Below are positions 38,340-49,576 of a stretch of 64,000 nucleotides of DNA, piece by piece (positions within the stretch are counted from its first letter, which is position 1; each line of letters opens with the position of its first letter). The notes under the pieces are model-generated. The model saw only the letters and a list, made by a program, of their open reading frames with translations. It had not been told where the DNA came from and did no database searches. The DNA is from a virus (Duplodnaviria > Caudoviricetes). The stretch is taken from the IMG/VR virus record IMGVR_UViG_3300031994_000032, positions 67,748-131,747 of that record; one strand, given 5' to 3'. Made by a program: the position numbers and the translations under genes.

Positions 38340-41300
38340 TATATTTCTAATGATTTAGAACTGTTAGACGAAATCAAGTCTGATAAAGCTGATGATATAT
38401 TTGTATTTGTTACAGAAACATCAGTATCAGAACGAATGTATTTAGACCATACGACAATATCATATCTTCTTACTACTGAATTACTCATCCAAATATCTAT
38501 ACCGATAATATTCGCATAAATCGTATTCAATACGACTTTTGAGTACTCAGTATATGAAGAGCATCCAAGAATATGTCCTCTGATATAATCATTGCCTTGT
38601 GAGTCAGGAGCAGGCTTGTCAGAACTTGGATCTTTCGAAAAATTTACATTTGGATAACTTGTCATTCTTGACTGGTATATCAAAGGTATGTAAATTTTTG
38701 ACTCTGTCGACAATATTTCTTTGTATGAAGATATTGAATCACCGTCAACTTGAATATCAGTATGTGTTATTGGAGACAAGAATAAGTATGAACCGCAAGT
38801 ATTGTAATTTGTTTCAGATGATTGATTATCATTAGACATAAACTGATCTTCTGAAGAATATCCGATTTTATGTGTTGTCAGATATTGTTGGAATAAGTTT
38901 TCAGAAGATTCTGATTCTGAAGATTCATAAAGATTGAACAAGTCACCGAATCCATAAGTTGTTTGGATTCTAGGTATAATCAATGATTCTTCAGATACTT
39001 TACGTTTTGCAATTCGATTAAGATATTGCTGACGGTCTGCCATACCTTTTGTAGCTCTTGATACCCTTGTAGTTATAAGACTATTCTGAGACATTGCAGA
39101 CATATTTGACGCCTTATATGTGTAAGTTCTTGGTAATCTGTATATTGCATGAAAATATGGTTCAATACTAGGATCATTGTCAAGATGACTTGTTGCATCA
39201 TTATCTTGTTTATTATGTGTCAGATAATACATATTAGGTAAATGAGACCAGTCTATGTCATAACCTGTAACATCGCTGTACCTTGTCCAAGAAGGATTGT
39301 CATTTGAAACAGATGCAGCAAGATGTTCATCGTATCCAAAAGAATATATTGTATCGTTTTTTATATTATTACCTGCTGCACCTTTAAGGGTATATGTACC
39401 AGAGTTAGGTTTTCTTATAAGTAATGCCCATCTGTCAGCACCAAACAATTCACTTCGTTGCATTGTGCTTTCAGCATCAAGAATTCCATTACCATCATTC
39501 AACATCCATCTATTTGTTGTTTCATCAAATATGTCATTAGATGAACCATTTGCATACATATTAAATGAATTTGAAACATCTCTGAATCTTGCATATATGA
39601 ATTGCCCTCTTTGTTGTGAAGACTGGAATAAATTCGGAGATGCTGTTTGGAAGTCAAGATAGTTTGATGACTTCAGGTTTATAGGAACAAGGTCATATCT
39701 ACCCTTTGTATTATAGTAATTGTCATCAATAACATCTTCTCTTGCAATATTGTCATACAAGTCATATCTGAATGAATATGGTTTTGAAAGATATTCCATT
39801 GATGAAGCAAGTTCCTGAGCCTTACCAAAACTGTTAGGAGCCATTGAAAGACGGTTACCGTTAAGTTTTGATAGCAAACGCAATCTCAAATTAGACTTGA
39901 TGCCTATACGAATATTATATTCTTTCTGCATTATGGCTCCAGCCTTAGGAAATATCGTTACCTCACAAAGGTCTTTTTTAGGATCACCGTTTTCATCATA
40001 TTCAGTTACTGAAATTACTGCTGTATCATCTTCAATATTCTTATCAACCCATTCTTTATAGTAACCTGCAAAAATATATGTCTTTGAGTTTTCCTTTAAA
40101 GAATATACTGTACCATCTGAATCAAGCAGGTCAATTACAATTTCCTGTTGATTGTCAGTAATTCTCGCTATTATGGCATCAAGGTCATTTTGAATAGATG
40201 TAAGCTTTTCAAACAATGTAATAGGTGTTTGTTCAGCAGTTACAAAACCTGAAGCGATTGAATCAGCTGAGTGTGCAAAATACTTTGAATTATCTGCAAA
40301 TGATGAATCCAAGTGTTTTGTAACATTTTCAGATTTCAATATAGAATTAACCTGAGATGTTATAAGGTCGAATTTATTCTGTTCAATATAATCTGCATTT
40401 ATAGATGACGCTACAACAGAAGGATATTCAATAATTACCGATTCAGACCAAGCAGATATAAGAGGATTTGCAGGATAACCGGCTTCTGATACTGACGCAA
40501 CTTGAATCTCAACTTTTTCACCTGAAGTTATAGCAATGTCTATTTGGTTTATGTCTATGCTTTCAGCATTAAGGTTGTCAATATCTTCCCAATAATACAT
40601 ACCTGTAGCTGTGTCCAAACTTCTTTTACGAAGATTTGTTTCACCTTCAACCCAAGATGAATATATAGCTTTTTTCTTATTACCTTGATCATCAACATAT
40701 TCATATTCATCATTAGGGTTTGATTTGTCATCAAGTGACAAATATCTATATCTGTATTTAAAGCGGATAATCTTCTGCGTTCCTGAAGGAGTTACTTGCT
40801 CTTCAGGAACTTGCCAGAACCCTCTTACATGATATTTGGCTTCATCAAGATAAGTTGAACTGTTTGCAAGAGCAGCAATTTCATTTATCACTGAGTTAAA
40901 TGATTCCTGATAACTGTCTCTTTTATCAATAGCATCATTCAATTCTTGCTCAACAGCAGCTCTTGAGTTGGCTGAGTCAAATATTGATGTTTGAATAGTT
41001 TTATTAAGGTTATTAATTTTAGAATTCAATGTTTCAAGTTCTGAAGAAATTTGAACCTTATTGGCTATAAGGCTTTGCATTTTTTCAGTTGATGATGATG
41101 AATTCTTTTGTTTGTTTATTTGTACAACCCTGAAATTTTCTTGCTGCAGGATTGGTACATTAGGAATTACACCGTCAGCTATTGTTGGATAAAAATCCTT
41201 AGACATGGATATAAGCATTTTACCCACATCTATGACATATTTTCCATAAAATGACTGTAAAGTCTCAGTCTGACCTGATTGGTTTATATACGTCAAGTCT

Positions 41301-42373
41301 GATGTGTAAAAACCGGTGCCTGGTGAAAATTCTGAAGCAGCGATATGAGAATCAGGATCAATAGGCTTGATGAACACTACGCAACATTCATCATATCCTA
41401 TTGGAATTTCAGCTTTTACTTCATCTGATTTTTCAGACGACATTCTAATAACATTTTCACCTACAACAAGTTCTTCATATCCTTGAATAAGCTTTACCCT
41501 TATTGCAAGACGTGAATTGTCAATGGCAGTTATCTGATATTTTGTAGAAATCGCTGTATCGTTTATAACCTCAATTTCATCACCGACAGATAACGTCATT
41601 GAATTTTGATAGTCTGAATTATTGTCAGTATATTCAAACGTGTCAAGTATGTATTCTTTATCGTTTACAGTATATTCAGTATTGTTTATAGTTCGTTTTA
41701 CCTGAATGTCATGTATTTCAGTAATTGAAAAATTACCTGTAAAACGTTTCTTACGCATAGGTAGTTTTCTTTCTTCTGAATCAAGGATATAAGTCATCTT
41801 ATTTTGAATAAGCGTATATAAAAACGACTTATAGTCTATATCAGACTTACCTTTGAACATAGTGTCAAAAACAGTTTGCTGTGCGCTGTTCTGTATTTTT
41901 AGAATATATCTTTCAACATATACTTCTTCTATATTCGCTGGAACTTGGCCTGTTATGTCGATTGTCGCAAATAACAAAGGATTTACCAAGTCTTCAAAGA
42001 ACCAGTTATTCTTAAATTTGAATTCAGTTATTGAGTTTACATTCTTAATAGTCGGTGCTTCGCTTGGAACTTTTGCAAGCATCAATTTTCTATAAGAGCC
42101 ATCTGACAAACGTACGGTACTGCCACTGCCAGCATCGACATTCTGAAGAGTTTTTAATGTATTGTCAATTCTTTCAATAGCTGAAAGAAGATAACCGAAT
42201 GATGGAACTTTTATAATTACAGAGCTCTCAGGATTTTCTGGATCTTCAACTTCAACAGATACTTCCTGAGACTGTGAAGACACGGCGTCAGAAATGCCTT
42301 TATATATTGAGGCTGAATTGTTTGACTGAGCAAGTATCTTTTCAAAAAGTTTCGATATAGAATTTGTATACAT
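38339..42373 (-). CDS. large putative baseplate/tail structural protein
   Basis: 1344 aa, beta-rich with an internal coiled coil; tandem TATAAATA at 42403-42418. Confidence 0.6.
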   Translation of the reverse strand: MYTNSISKLFEKILAQSNNSASIYKGISDAVSSQSQEVSVEVEDPENPESSVIIKVPSFGYLLSAIERIDNTLKTLQNVDAGSGSTVRLSDGSYRKLMLAKVPSEAPTIKNVNSITEFKFKNNWFFEDLVNPLLFATIDITGQVPANIEEVYVERYILKIQNSAQQTVFDTMFKGKSDIDYKSFLYTLIQNKMTYILDSEERKLPMRKKRFTGNFSITEIHDIQVKRTINNTEYTVNDKEYILDTFEYTDNNSDYQNSMTLSVGDEIEVINDTAISTKYQITAIDNSRLAIRVKLIQGYEELVVGENVIRMSSEKSDEVKAEIPIGYDECCVVFIKPIDPDSHIAASEFSPGTGFYTSDLTYINQSGQTETLQSFYGKYVIDVGKMLISMSKDFYPTIADGVIPNVPILQQENFRVVQINKQKNSSSSTEKMQSLIANKVQISSELETLNSKINNLNKTIQTSIFDSANSRAAVEQELNDAIDKRDSYQESFNSVINEIAALANSSTYLDEAKYHVRGFWQVPEEQVTPSGTQKIIRFKYRYRYLSLDDKSNPNDEYEYVDDQGNKKKAIYSSWVEGETNLRKRSLDTATGMYYWEDIDNLNAESIDINQIDIAITSGEKVEIQVASVSEAGYPANPLISAWSESVIIEYPSVVASSINADYIEQNKFDLITSQVNSILKSENVTKHLDSSFADNSKYFAHSADSIASGFVTAEQTPITLFEKLTSIQNDLDAIIARITDNQQEIVIDLLDSDGTVYSLKENSKTYIFAGYYKEWVDKNIEDDTAVISVTEYDENGDPKKDLCEVTIFPKAGAIMQKEYNIRIGIKSNLRLRLLSKLNGNRLSMAPNSFGKAQELASSMEYLSKPYSFRYDLYDNIAREDVIDDNYYNTKGRYDLVPINLKSSNYLDFQTASPNLFQSSQQRGQFIYARFRDVSNSFNMYANGSSNDIFDETTNRWMLNDGNGILDAESTMQRSELFGADRWALLIRKPNSGTYTLKGAAGNNIKNDTIYSFGYDEHLAASVSNDNPSWTRYSDVTGYDIDWSHLPNMYYLTHNKQDNDATSHLDNDPSIEPYFHAIYRLPRTYTYKASNMSAMSQNSLITTRVSRATKGMADRQQYLNRIAKRKVSEESLIIPRIQTTYGFGDLFNLYESSESESSENLFQQYLTTHKIGYSSEDQFMSNDNQSSETNYNTCGSYLFLSPITHTDIQVDGDSISSYKEILSTESKIYIPLIYQSRMTSYPNVNFSKDPSSDKPAPDSQGNDYIRGHILGCSSYTEYSKVVLNTIYANIIGIDIWMSNSVVRRYDIVVWSKYIRSDTDVSVTNTNISSALSDLISSNSSKSLEI

Positions 42374-42418
42374 TGTATTGACCTATTTATGCTAATTTAA
42401 TTTATTTATATATTTATA

Positions 42419-44743
42419 TCAGAACTTGAAAACATTATTACCTATTATTTCAAACTTCTTTAAGAATACGTTATTTAGAACGCTTTCCTGTCCTGCTCTC
42501 TTGCGGACTTTAATGCATTTTGAAATTTTTGTATATTCATTTCCGTTAATATCAGTGACAGTAAGCGATACAGAATACTCATCTTCATCTTTGAACATAT
42601 GTACAAAGAATTGATTATCAGTACTGTAATCTACATTACTACCTTTATAAACTGTCCATCTGTAAGATTTAACACCTGCAATCCTTGAAAGGTTTGAAGA
42701 AAGTACTATCCAAGTATAAGGACGGACAGTAACTCCGTTATAGATATACCTTAACCTGTTGAAATGAGGTATTACGTCTTCAATATTGTCGCAATGTTCA
42801 GATACGAGATAATCTATATTTGCTGTCGTTGTGAACTTTAATGTTTTTAAGTTACTGAAAAAATATGATGAATAAATTTTTTTCCAATCAGGATTTTCAG
42901 AATCTTCGAGATTGTTGTAGATATAGTTTTTAATATCGTTTACCATATACACCAAATCCTTCTTTTGCTCATAAGTATAAAGCGACGCATTAGGATTTTG
43001 TCGTGCATCATAGTAAAATCCTTGTAATTCAATTTGAAGAGGTCTTACATTTATATCAAGTGTATTTGTAGTTGAGATATTATTGTATATGTCGGTAAAA
43101 ATACAATTTGCATGATATATCCCTGTATGACGTAACCTTAATAATACTTTGTTTACATCTTCATAAGATCCCTCTATGATTATTTCATCATCGTTATAAT
43201 CTTCATGTGTTATGACCCATTTAAGAGATTGATATTTCTGCACATAATCACTATTGCCAAGAGTTATTGAATCATCAAAATCCTCTATTGTGATATTTGA
43301 GTCTCCAATAGTAATTATATCTTTATCCGGTATTACAAACTCCAATACACATTTTGCGGAAATTTTTGTATCTTCACTTTCAGAACTTTCAGAATCTTCA
43401 AAACTCTCATTGTCTATACTGTCATGATTTGAATCATATTCAATGAACTTATCAGACTCTTCTACAGGCGTATAAGATTCTTGTCCTAAATATTTGTCAA
43501 ACTTATTATCAGACGTAATAAACACATCTGTTGAAAGGCACTTTATTTCAGCATTCGCCTCACCTGCAGTAATTTCTTCAAACCTGTTTTGTTGAATAAT
43601 GTTCCACATATTCGACTTACTGAAACTTATAGCCTCTCCAATTATGTCTATAATTCTTGAGCTTACAGGCATAAATGCATTGTTAAGTTTCTTTTTCAAT
43701 AATGACAATTTGAAATTTGCCGTCTCTATTGAATAGTCAAACACCTCCCTTACTAATGGAAGTCCGTCATTATCCAATTCATTTGTTGCCTTTGATATGT
43801 CATATGCAAGCGATATGTAATCTGATTTAAGATAGTCTTGGCTTGGCAGCTCGATATTCTTTAGATATTCAGTCTGTATGAATTTTCCGTTATTGACATT
43901 ATACCAATGTTCAAGAATCCTCATATCATATCCATAGAACTTTATAATGTCTATAAGGGACGAATAGCTTCCGATATGTGAGAATATCTCAGGTCCTTCA
44001 AGCAGTAGTTCTTTTCTTTTAAGATTTACAAGTTGTCTGTCATATGTCGGCTCGTTTATATCAGAGTCCTTCAACATAAGTACGTCATACTTTGTAAAAT
44101 CATATCCAAGGTTTGAACAAAGGACTTCAAGCCGCTCATCTTCAAATACTGCTTCTCCGAATAAACGTATTTCAGCAAGTTTTGTACGTCTGTTATCAAG
44201 ATTTATTACATCAATATAAAGCGTCCTTTGAAAAGTTCTGCTTAAATATCTTTCATCAGCCGAAAACATTATATGAATGTCAAGCGTGTCTGTATTGACA
44301 TAAATTGTTTCAGATTCACTTTCTTCAAATTCTGATTCACTTGACTCAGGTCCACCGTCAAGCCGTAAAAACCATTCTTGATCATTTGTTGAAAGAATGT
44401 CTGATATGTCAGGACCATCTTGATATGTAAATTTAAGGGCAGACGTGTCTGTTATAAATTGCTGCTCTTCATCAAATTTGAATAATGCAAATTCATCGAC
44501 GAATGTATTGTTTGAATCCCAATACAGTGTAAGGAATTCATGAATGTCGTCAGACGACTTAGGATATATAAGTGTTTCTTCGTCGTCAATAACAGTTTTT
44601 TCTACAATTCGTATCGTTTCAACAGAATAATGCTCGACAGAAGTAGGTTTGAAACAGATTATGCCTTCCCAATACTTTCCATTATATGAAAGATTTAACG
44701 GTGTTCCATCTTTTGTGAAAAATAAAAGGTTTTCTATATTCAT
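42419..44743 (-). CDS. putative baseplate protein with C-terminal PKD/Ig-like domain
   Basis: 'YRW...F...YSVSLTVTDING'; 'IGSYSSLIDIIKFYGY' resembles baseplate wedge proteins. Confidence 0.6.
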   Translation of the reverse strand: MNIENLLFFTKDGTPLNLSYNGKYWEGIICFKPTSVEHYSVETIRIVEKTVIDDEETLIYPKSSDDIHEFLTLYWDSNNTFVDEFALFKFDEEQQFITDTSALKFTYQDGPDISDILSTNDQEWFLRLDGGPESSESEFEESESETIYVNTDTLDIHIMFSADERYLSRTFQRTLYIDVINLDNRRTKLAEIRLFGEAVFEDERLEVLCSNLGYDFTKYDVLMLKDSDINEPTYDRQLVNLKRKELLLEGPEIFSHIGSYSSLIDIIKFYGYDMRILEHWYNVNNGKFIQTEYLKNIELPSQDYLKSDYISLAYDISKATNELDNDGLPLVREVFDYSIETANFKLSLLKKKLNNAFMPVSSRIIDIIGEAISFSKSNMWNIIQQNRFEEITAGEANAEIKCLSTDVFITSDNKFDKYLGQESYTPVEESDKFIEYDSNHDSIDNESFEDSESSESEDTKISAKCVLEFVIPDKDIITIGDSNITIEDFDDSITLGNSDYVQKYQSLKWVITHEDYNDDEIIIEGSYEDVNKVLLRLRHTGIYHANCIFTDIYNNISTTNTLDINVRPLQIELQGFYYDARQNPNASLYTYEQKKDLVYMVNDIKNYIYNNLEDSENPDWKKIYSSYFFSNLKTLKFTTTANIDYLVSEHCDNIEDVIPHFNRLRYIYNGVTVRPYTWIVLSSNLSRIAGVKSYRWTVYKGSNVDYSTDNQFFVHMFKDEDEYSVSLTVTDINGNEYTKISKCIKVRKRAGQESVLNNVFLKKFEIIGNNVFKF

Positions 44744-44749
44744 AATCTG

Positions 44750-45307
44750 TTATTGTTTATTCAAGTCGACACTTACATTATTGTTATTCTTAATTTCGGC
44801 CATTTCAATTGTATCACGTTTTACAAGTGATGTCGCATCAGTATTAGAACCTTGTACAAATTTATCCTGTAATGCCTGTAGTCTCTTTTGTCTGTTGGTA
44901 TCAGTTGTTGACTTCAGCTTATTGTTTGCAAGTTTTGTCTTTTCAATAAATTCTTTTTGTTCTGACTTGTCATCATAATTATAGTCAGTAATAGAAGGAT
45001 TTGATTTTTCCTTAAATACGACATCAGTATTTTTAGAATAATGGTCTTCGTCAGAATCAACAGGCAACAGCATTACTTGGTTTTGTGATATTGAAAACGG
45101 GTTTATTATGGAATTTGCGTACATCAAAGAATCAATCATATTATAATGCCCGTATTGACGGTATGAAATCTTGTCAATTCTTGCGCGTTCATTTTCTTTA
45201 AGCGTAATTATGCCTGTTGTTTCAAACTCGTCTGTTTGTAACACTTTATCAGACAAATCAATTGATCCGTCTTCCAATGTCCGTTTTATGTCGAATAACT
45301 TCTGCAT
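44750..45307 (-). CDS. baseplate wedge protein (gp53/LysM-like)
   Basis: 'ARIDKISYRQYG...LMYANSIINPF.I...LLP'. Confidence 0.75.
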   Translation of the reverse strand: MQKLFDIKRTLEDGSIDLSDKVLQTDEFETTGIITLKENERARIDKISYRQYGHYNMIDSLMYANSIINPFSISQNQVMLLPVDSDEDHYSKNTDVVFKEKSNPSITDYNYDDKSEQKEFIEKTKLANNKLKSTTDTNRQKRLQALQDKFVQGSNTDATSLVKRDTIEMAEIKNNNNVSVDLNKQ

Positions 45308-45328
45308 AAATTATTTATTGCAAATATA

Positions 45329-46216
45329 TTAAGTAATTTTTAAATGTTTTTCATGACGGTTTTCAAACCATATAAGAGCCTTCTTAAATATTTTCAATAA
45401 GGTATTTTCATCAACTCCAGATATGTTAAGTGTTCCAGTTTTATCATATCCATACTCATACCCTTCAAGAACGACATTCTCAGGGACAGTCTCTACAAGT
45501 TTACCTCTAAACTCTACATTAGCAAAATCGAAATATCCGTTGAACGGAAATGAACTGTTACTGTTCTGTACATCTACTATTCCATTAGAAAAATGATGTA
45601 TTCTGTTAGAAAGACCATTTAAAACAAAATCTCCATAAAAATAAGCATTTCCATCTACTTGCAATGCGTAATTTTCTATCTGAGTGTCTCTTATTGAATT
45701 TCCTATATGCAAGCTTCCATTTATTGTCCATCCTGGACCAAACCCTCCTGTGTAATGAAGTATTGGTGAGCCTTCATTACAATAGACATTACCGTATATT
45801 GTGACATATAGAAAGTTTGACTGTTGTTCAAATGAGTATTTATATACATCTCCATATACATTTACTGTAGATGTATTGCTTAAAGATACAGCACAAGCAG
45901 CCGTTGAATCGCCAATAGTATTACCATATACGATTACCGTTTTTCCATTAATGTTTGAGTAAACTAAATGAGTGACTCTTGCTGTCAAATTTGCGTTTAT
46001 TACCAAACTGACCGGTGTGATTGAATTTATTCTACCTCCAGCGATAGCAGTACCGTCTGTGTCATTAGTTATATTTTTTGCAGATATTTCACCAATGTCA
46101 GCAGTTATGTTATGCCCGTTCATATATACGTCATCGTCAGCAGTTGGCACAGTTCCAGTACTCCAAGTTGAACCGTCGTTCCAGTTTCCGTTTTGTACAG
46201 CATAAACACTAGCCAT
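45329..46216 (-). CDS. putative beta-helix adhesin/fibre protein
   Basis: GNWNDGSTWSTGTVPTADDDV start; repeated V.VYG/ING beta strands; own late promoter at 46274-46281. Confidence 0.55.
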   Translation of the reverse strand: MASVYAVQNGNWNDGSTWSTGTVPTADDDVYMNGHNITADIGEISAKNITNDTDGTAIAGGRINSITPVSLVINANLTARVTHLVYSNINGKTVIVYGNTIGDSTAACAVSLSNTSTVNVYGDVYKYSFEQQSNFLYVTIYGNVYCNEGSPILHYTGGFGPGWTINGSLHIGNSIRDTQIENYALQVDGNAYFYGDFVLNGLSNRIHHFSNGIVDVQNSNSSFPFNGYFDFANVEFRGKLVETVPENVVLEGYEYGYDKTGTLNISGVDENTLLKIFKKALIWFENRHEKHLKIT

Positions 46217-46281
46217 AATTACTTATTCTTAAATGTTTGTAGATTTTTATAGCATAATTTTTTACCTTACATATATTTATA

Positions 46282-46318
46282 AAAACCGTCATTAGAAAGT
46301 CCTCCTAATGACGGTTTT
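46282..46318. terminator. intrinsic terminator (probably bidirectional)
   Basis: AAAACCGTCATTAG...CTAATGACGGTTTT. Confidence 0.85.
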
Positions 46319-46366
46319 GATTTTTAGATTTTTATTGTATAAATGATTCAGCCTACTTAAGAACTG

Positions 46367-46876
46367 TTATGCCACTTCTTTTAGCAAGAACTGTGCTTTC
46401 TGAAGGCATTCGTCATAATCCGTATTTTTGTCATAAACGCTTGACCAGTAATCCTGAAGTGCCTTTGCAAGTTCGTCAACATCTTTTGATGTAACAATTT
46501 CTATGATGTCGGCCGCAAGATCAACTGCATCAGCCTTGTTTCTTACATATCTGTTGTTATAAAGGAAATTTTCTATCTTTTCATCAAATTTAAAACCTTC
46601 ATTCACTTTATTTTTAGATTCATAAGTAAAAGCTGAAGATTTTTTAATAAAATCAACCTCTACAACTTTATCAGGACCCTTTGAATAAGTACCATTCCGA
46701 CCAAAAAGAATTTTTTCAGCCTCTTCCTGATTTTTTGCAGTACAGCTATCAGTAAAGTCGCTTTCAATATTTCCATATTTATTGAGTACATAGAAATGAC
46801 CTGTATAGGTTTCTTTACCTTGGTCATCTTCAATATCCTCATTAACAAAGGCTTTAAATGTCTTTAGGTTTTCCAT
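46367..46876 (-). CDS. putative internal head protein (CTS-like tag)
   Basis: MENLKTFKAFVNE; internal VNE site. Confidence 0.65.
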   Translation of the reverse strand: MENLKTFKAFVNEDIEDDQGKETYTGHFYVLNKYGNIESDFTDSCTAKNQEEAEKILFGRNGTYSKGPDKVVEVDFIKKSSAFTYESKNKVNEGFKFDEKIENFLYNNRYVRNKADAVDLAADIIEIVTSKDVDELAKALQDYWSSVYDKNTDYDECLQKAQFLLKEVA

Positions 46877-46925
46877 AGTATTATTTTTTAAATTTTATTT
46901 ATTCTATTTTATTATTTATTAGATA

Positions 46926-47801
46926 TTAGTCTCCAATATATGGAGGCTTTACAGAATGCTTAAACTCATCTCTTACTTCTGGATGTTCCTTATTCAAATT
47001 GAAATTAACATCAATTTTTGTAAGAGCATTCAATCTTGCTTTGACAATTCCGTCCTTATCTCTGTAAAATTCTACAATGCCGTTATTATTTTCAGGATTT
47101 TTAATATATGTAAGGGCTTCGTCAATTTCATTCAATAATATTCCGTCAGCAAAACATGGCAGGAAAGAAGAAACTTTTACATCGAAAGTTGTCTTGAATT
47201 CTTTTTTCTGATTTGACTGAAATTCCACATTGTATGTATTCTGATATGACTCAACAGGAGAAATAGCTGCATCCATATTGAAAATACCTGCATCAACAGT
47301 GAAAGCATTTATATTGTGGTAGATTCTTGATACAAGGCATTCTGTAAGTTTGAACATTTCATTAACGTTTGAAGATACAAGTTCTGCAGAAAATGAAAGA
47401 TCGACTGGTACGAACTCAGTTTTAATCCTACATTCCCTTAAAGTACCATAGACTTCTTTCACAAATCTTGTCTGTGTATACCTGTTTGTGTTTTCTTGAG
47501 TTTTTATCGCAAGTCCGCTGAACTTTAATACACATCTTGGAACAGATTCATAATTTAGCTGCGCCTTGTCTTCACCCTCAAGTTCATAAATGAATTTGTC
47601 CCGTAAGAATTGTTCAGATCCAGACACTGAAAGCATTACAGGCACGTCAATTCGTTTTAGAGTATTGGCATCAGTTCTCTGATAAAAACATATCAGAGAA
47701 TTCATTTCCTTCAAAGCCGCAGCTATAATCCGTCTTATGATTATATCATCGAAATTGAATTTCTCATTAAATGACTGTACCTTGCTGCTGTCAGAACTCA
47801 T
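46926..47801 (-). CDS. tail completion/sheath stabiliser (gp15-like)
   Basis: 'IRRIIAA...DVPVML..GSEQFL...VPR...VPVDLSF'. Confidence 0.65.
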   Translation of the reverse strand: MSSDSSKVQSFNEKFNFDDIIIRRIIAAALKEMNSLICFYQRTDANTLKRIDVPVMLSVSGSEQFLRDKFIYELEGEDKAQLNYESVPRCVLKFSGLAIKTQENTNRYTQTRFVKEVYGTLRECRIKTEFVPVDLSFSAELVSSNVNEMFKLTECLVSRIYHNINAFTVDAGIFNMDAAISPVESYQNTYNVEFQSNQKKEFKTTFDVKVSSFLPCFADGILLNEIDEALTYIKNPENNNGIVEFYRDKDGIVKARLNALTKIDVNFNLNKEHPEVRDEFKHSVKPPYIGD

Positions 47802-47877
47802 ATCAAATGTTTTTACAAAAAATTTATCATTTTCTATATTATATATAGATTCAATTCAACCTTCAGTTTCTTTTTGG

Positions 47878-48921
47878 CTATCGGATGTGTCTCAAAAATT
47901 GCGAGAAGGTCTGTAGCTGACATACTGAGCTCTTTGTAACATCGCTCTTATTTGACTTTGTTTCAATTGATTCTGACACAGGTTCTTTATCCAAAGCATC
48001 AATTATCTTTTGAAAGAACTTTGTTACTAGTTCTCCAGCAGACACTTGTTCAACGCTCCAAATTGACATGTCGTTGACTTTGTTTCCGTCAACCTTTGCT
48101 GAATACCCGTAAGAACCTCCTCCTTCATTTGTGTGGTTTACGACATGAACAACAACTTGCTTATCAGAGTTATAGTTATCTTCTTTATGCAACGTTATCT
48201 CAGCTCCTACCGAATAGACACGACCATTACTGTATTCATTACTGTACAGTCTGTACGGCTTTTCAGATTTTGTTTTATATATTATATGGTTCTTTCTAAA
48301 AAGGTCATTGACAGACTTAGGAAGAATCGAATTTTGCATATTATATCCAGAATCATTAAATTTATTGAATTCATAAACAATCGTGTTTATGTCTATAAAA
48401 TTATATTTTGGATCATTCATTTCCTTGACAAACTCATCATAAATTATGTCCATGTCTTTACGGCTTTTACCGTAATCATTAAGTTTCTCATAGGCACATT
48501 GTTCAGCGTCAGCCCATTTTACATAACGAGCTATCAAGTATCTGTCAATGCATTTCTTTTCAGACGCCGAAGCAAAGTTTATTCTTGAACGGTTTTTGAA
48601 ATAACCATACATCTTCTGCCATTCCTTAATATCAGGAACATACTTATAAGGCTTTGCACCTTCCATTATTGAATTGTTCTCTATCATATCTTCATCCTCA
48701 TTATTACGTAATTCGTTAAAATAATTAAAATACTTGTCAAAGTCTTCAGGTGTGACTTTTATTCCCTTTTCCAATGCAAGTTCCTTAAATCCTTCAAAGT
48801 CGTCAGAATTCATAGGATGACCGATTGTAAAATCAGATTCAGCAAGTTCTTTAAGAAACATGTCCTTCTTTGAATTATTGCCGTCATTGAAAAATGAGCT
48901 GAATGTTACAAGTGTTTCCAT
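47878..48921 (-). CDS. hypothetical protein with CTS-like tags at both ends
   Basis: N-terminal METLVTFSSFFND; C-terminal LQTFSQFL. Confidence 0.65.
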   Translation of the reverse strand: METLVTFSSFFNDGNNSKKDMFLKELAESDFTIGHPMNSDDFEGFKELALEKGIKVTPEDFDKYFNYFNELRNNEDEDMIENNSIMEGAKPYKYVPDIKEWQKMYGYFKNRSRINFASASEKKCIDRYLIARYVKWADAEQCAYEKLNDYGKSRKDMDIIYDEFVKEMNDPKYNFIDINTIVYEFNKFNDSGYNMQNSILPKSVNDLFRKNHIIYKTKSEKPYRLYSNEYSNGRVYSVGAEITLHKEDNYNSDKQVVVHVVNHTNEGGGSYGYSAKVDGNKVNDMSIWSVEQVSAGELVTKFFQKIIDALDKEPVSESIETKSNKSDVTKSSVCQLQTFSQFLRHIR

Positions 48922-48948
48922 TATTGAACGATTATCGCTTGTTAAAAA

Positions 48949-49551
48949 TTAAAATACATATTGATCTTTATAGACGTCAGGTACGGCATATTCTTTACCA
49001 TTAAGGATTACGCTCATATTATTCACTTTGAATGAAAGTTCAGCCTTCTTCAAATCAACAGTCTTGCTTGAGAAATCTAAATCAATTCCCTGTACATTGG
49101 TAAACAGAACTTCCTTCAGTTTTATGTCATATACTTTTGTATTGTGGTTGTCTAAGACAGAAATCATGAATGCTTCAGGAAGAAGCTTCTCTTTGAATGT
49201 TGCAAAATAATAAAAATAGAGGTCAAGCATTATAAAGTACATAAGGTAGCTTTGATCAAGTCTTACAGTTACCTTAAAATCTTTTTGGAACATATCCTCT
49301 ATAGATATTGAACTTCTATAGTGTCTTGAATCTCTGTCATTCATATCAGTCTGCTCTATTGTTTCCTGTTGCACTGACAGAGGCAGTGAAATTCCTTGTA
49401 CTGCCAGGTTTATGAAATCAAGCACATTGTCAACAGGATAGTCAGGAAGCTTGTTGATAACATCATTATATTTTTCAGCAATCCAATCAGGCACGAAGCT
49501 GATTGGAAAGCTGAATTCAAATCTGTTATTTGACCCTGAAAGAAAAGCCAT
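48949..49551 (-). CDS. tail-tube-fold protein (gp3/gp54-like)
   Basis: 'VQGISLP', 'F.VTVRLD..Y..Y', 'VLFTNV.GIDLD...F'. Confidence 0.55.
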   Translation of the reverse strand: MAFLSGSNNRFEFSFPISFVPDWIAEKYNDVINKLPDYPVDNVLDFINLAVQGISLPLSVQQETIEQTDMNDRDSRHYRSSISIEDMFQKDFKVTVRLDQSYLMYFIMLDLYFYYFATFKEKLLPEAFMISVLDNHNTKVYDIKLKEVLFTNVQGIDLDFSSKTVDLKKAELSFKVNNMSVILNGKEYAVPDVYKDQYVF

Positions 49552-49576
49552 AATGTAGATTTAATAATTTATTGTG

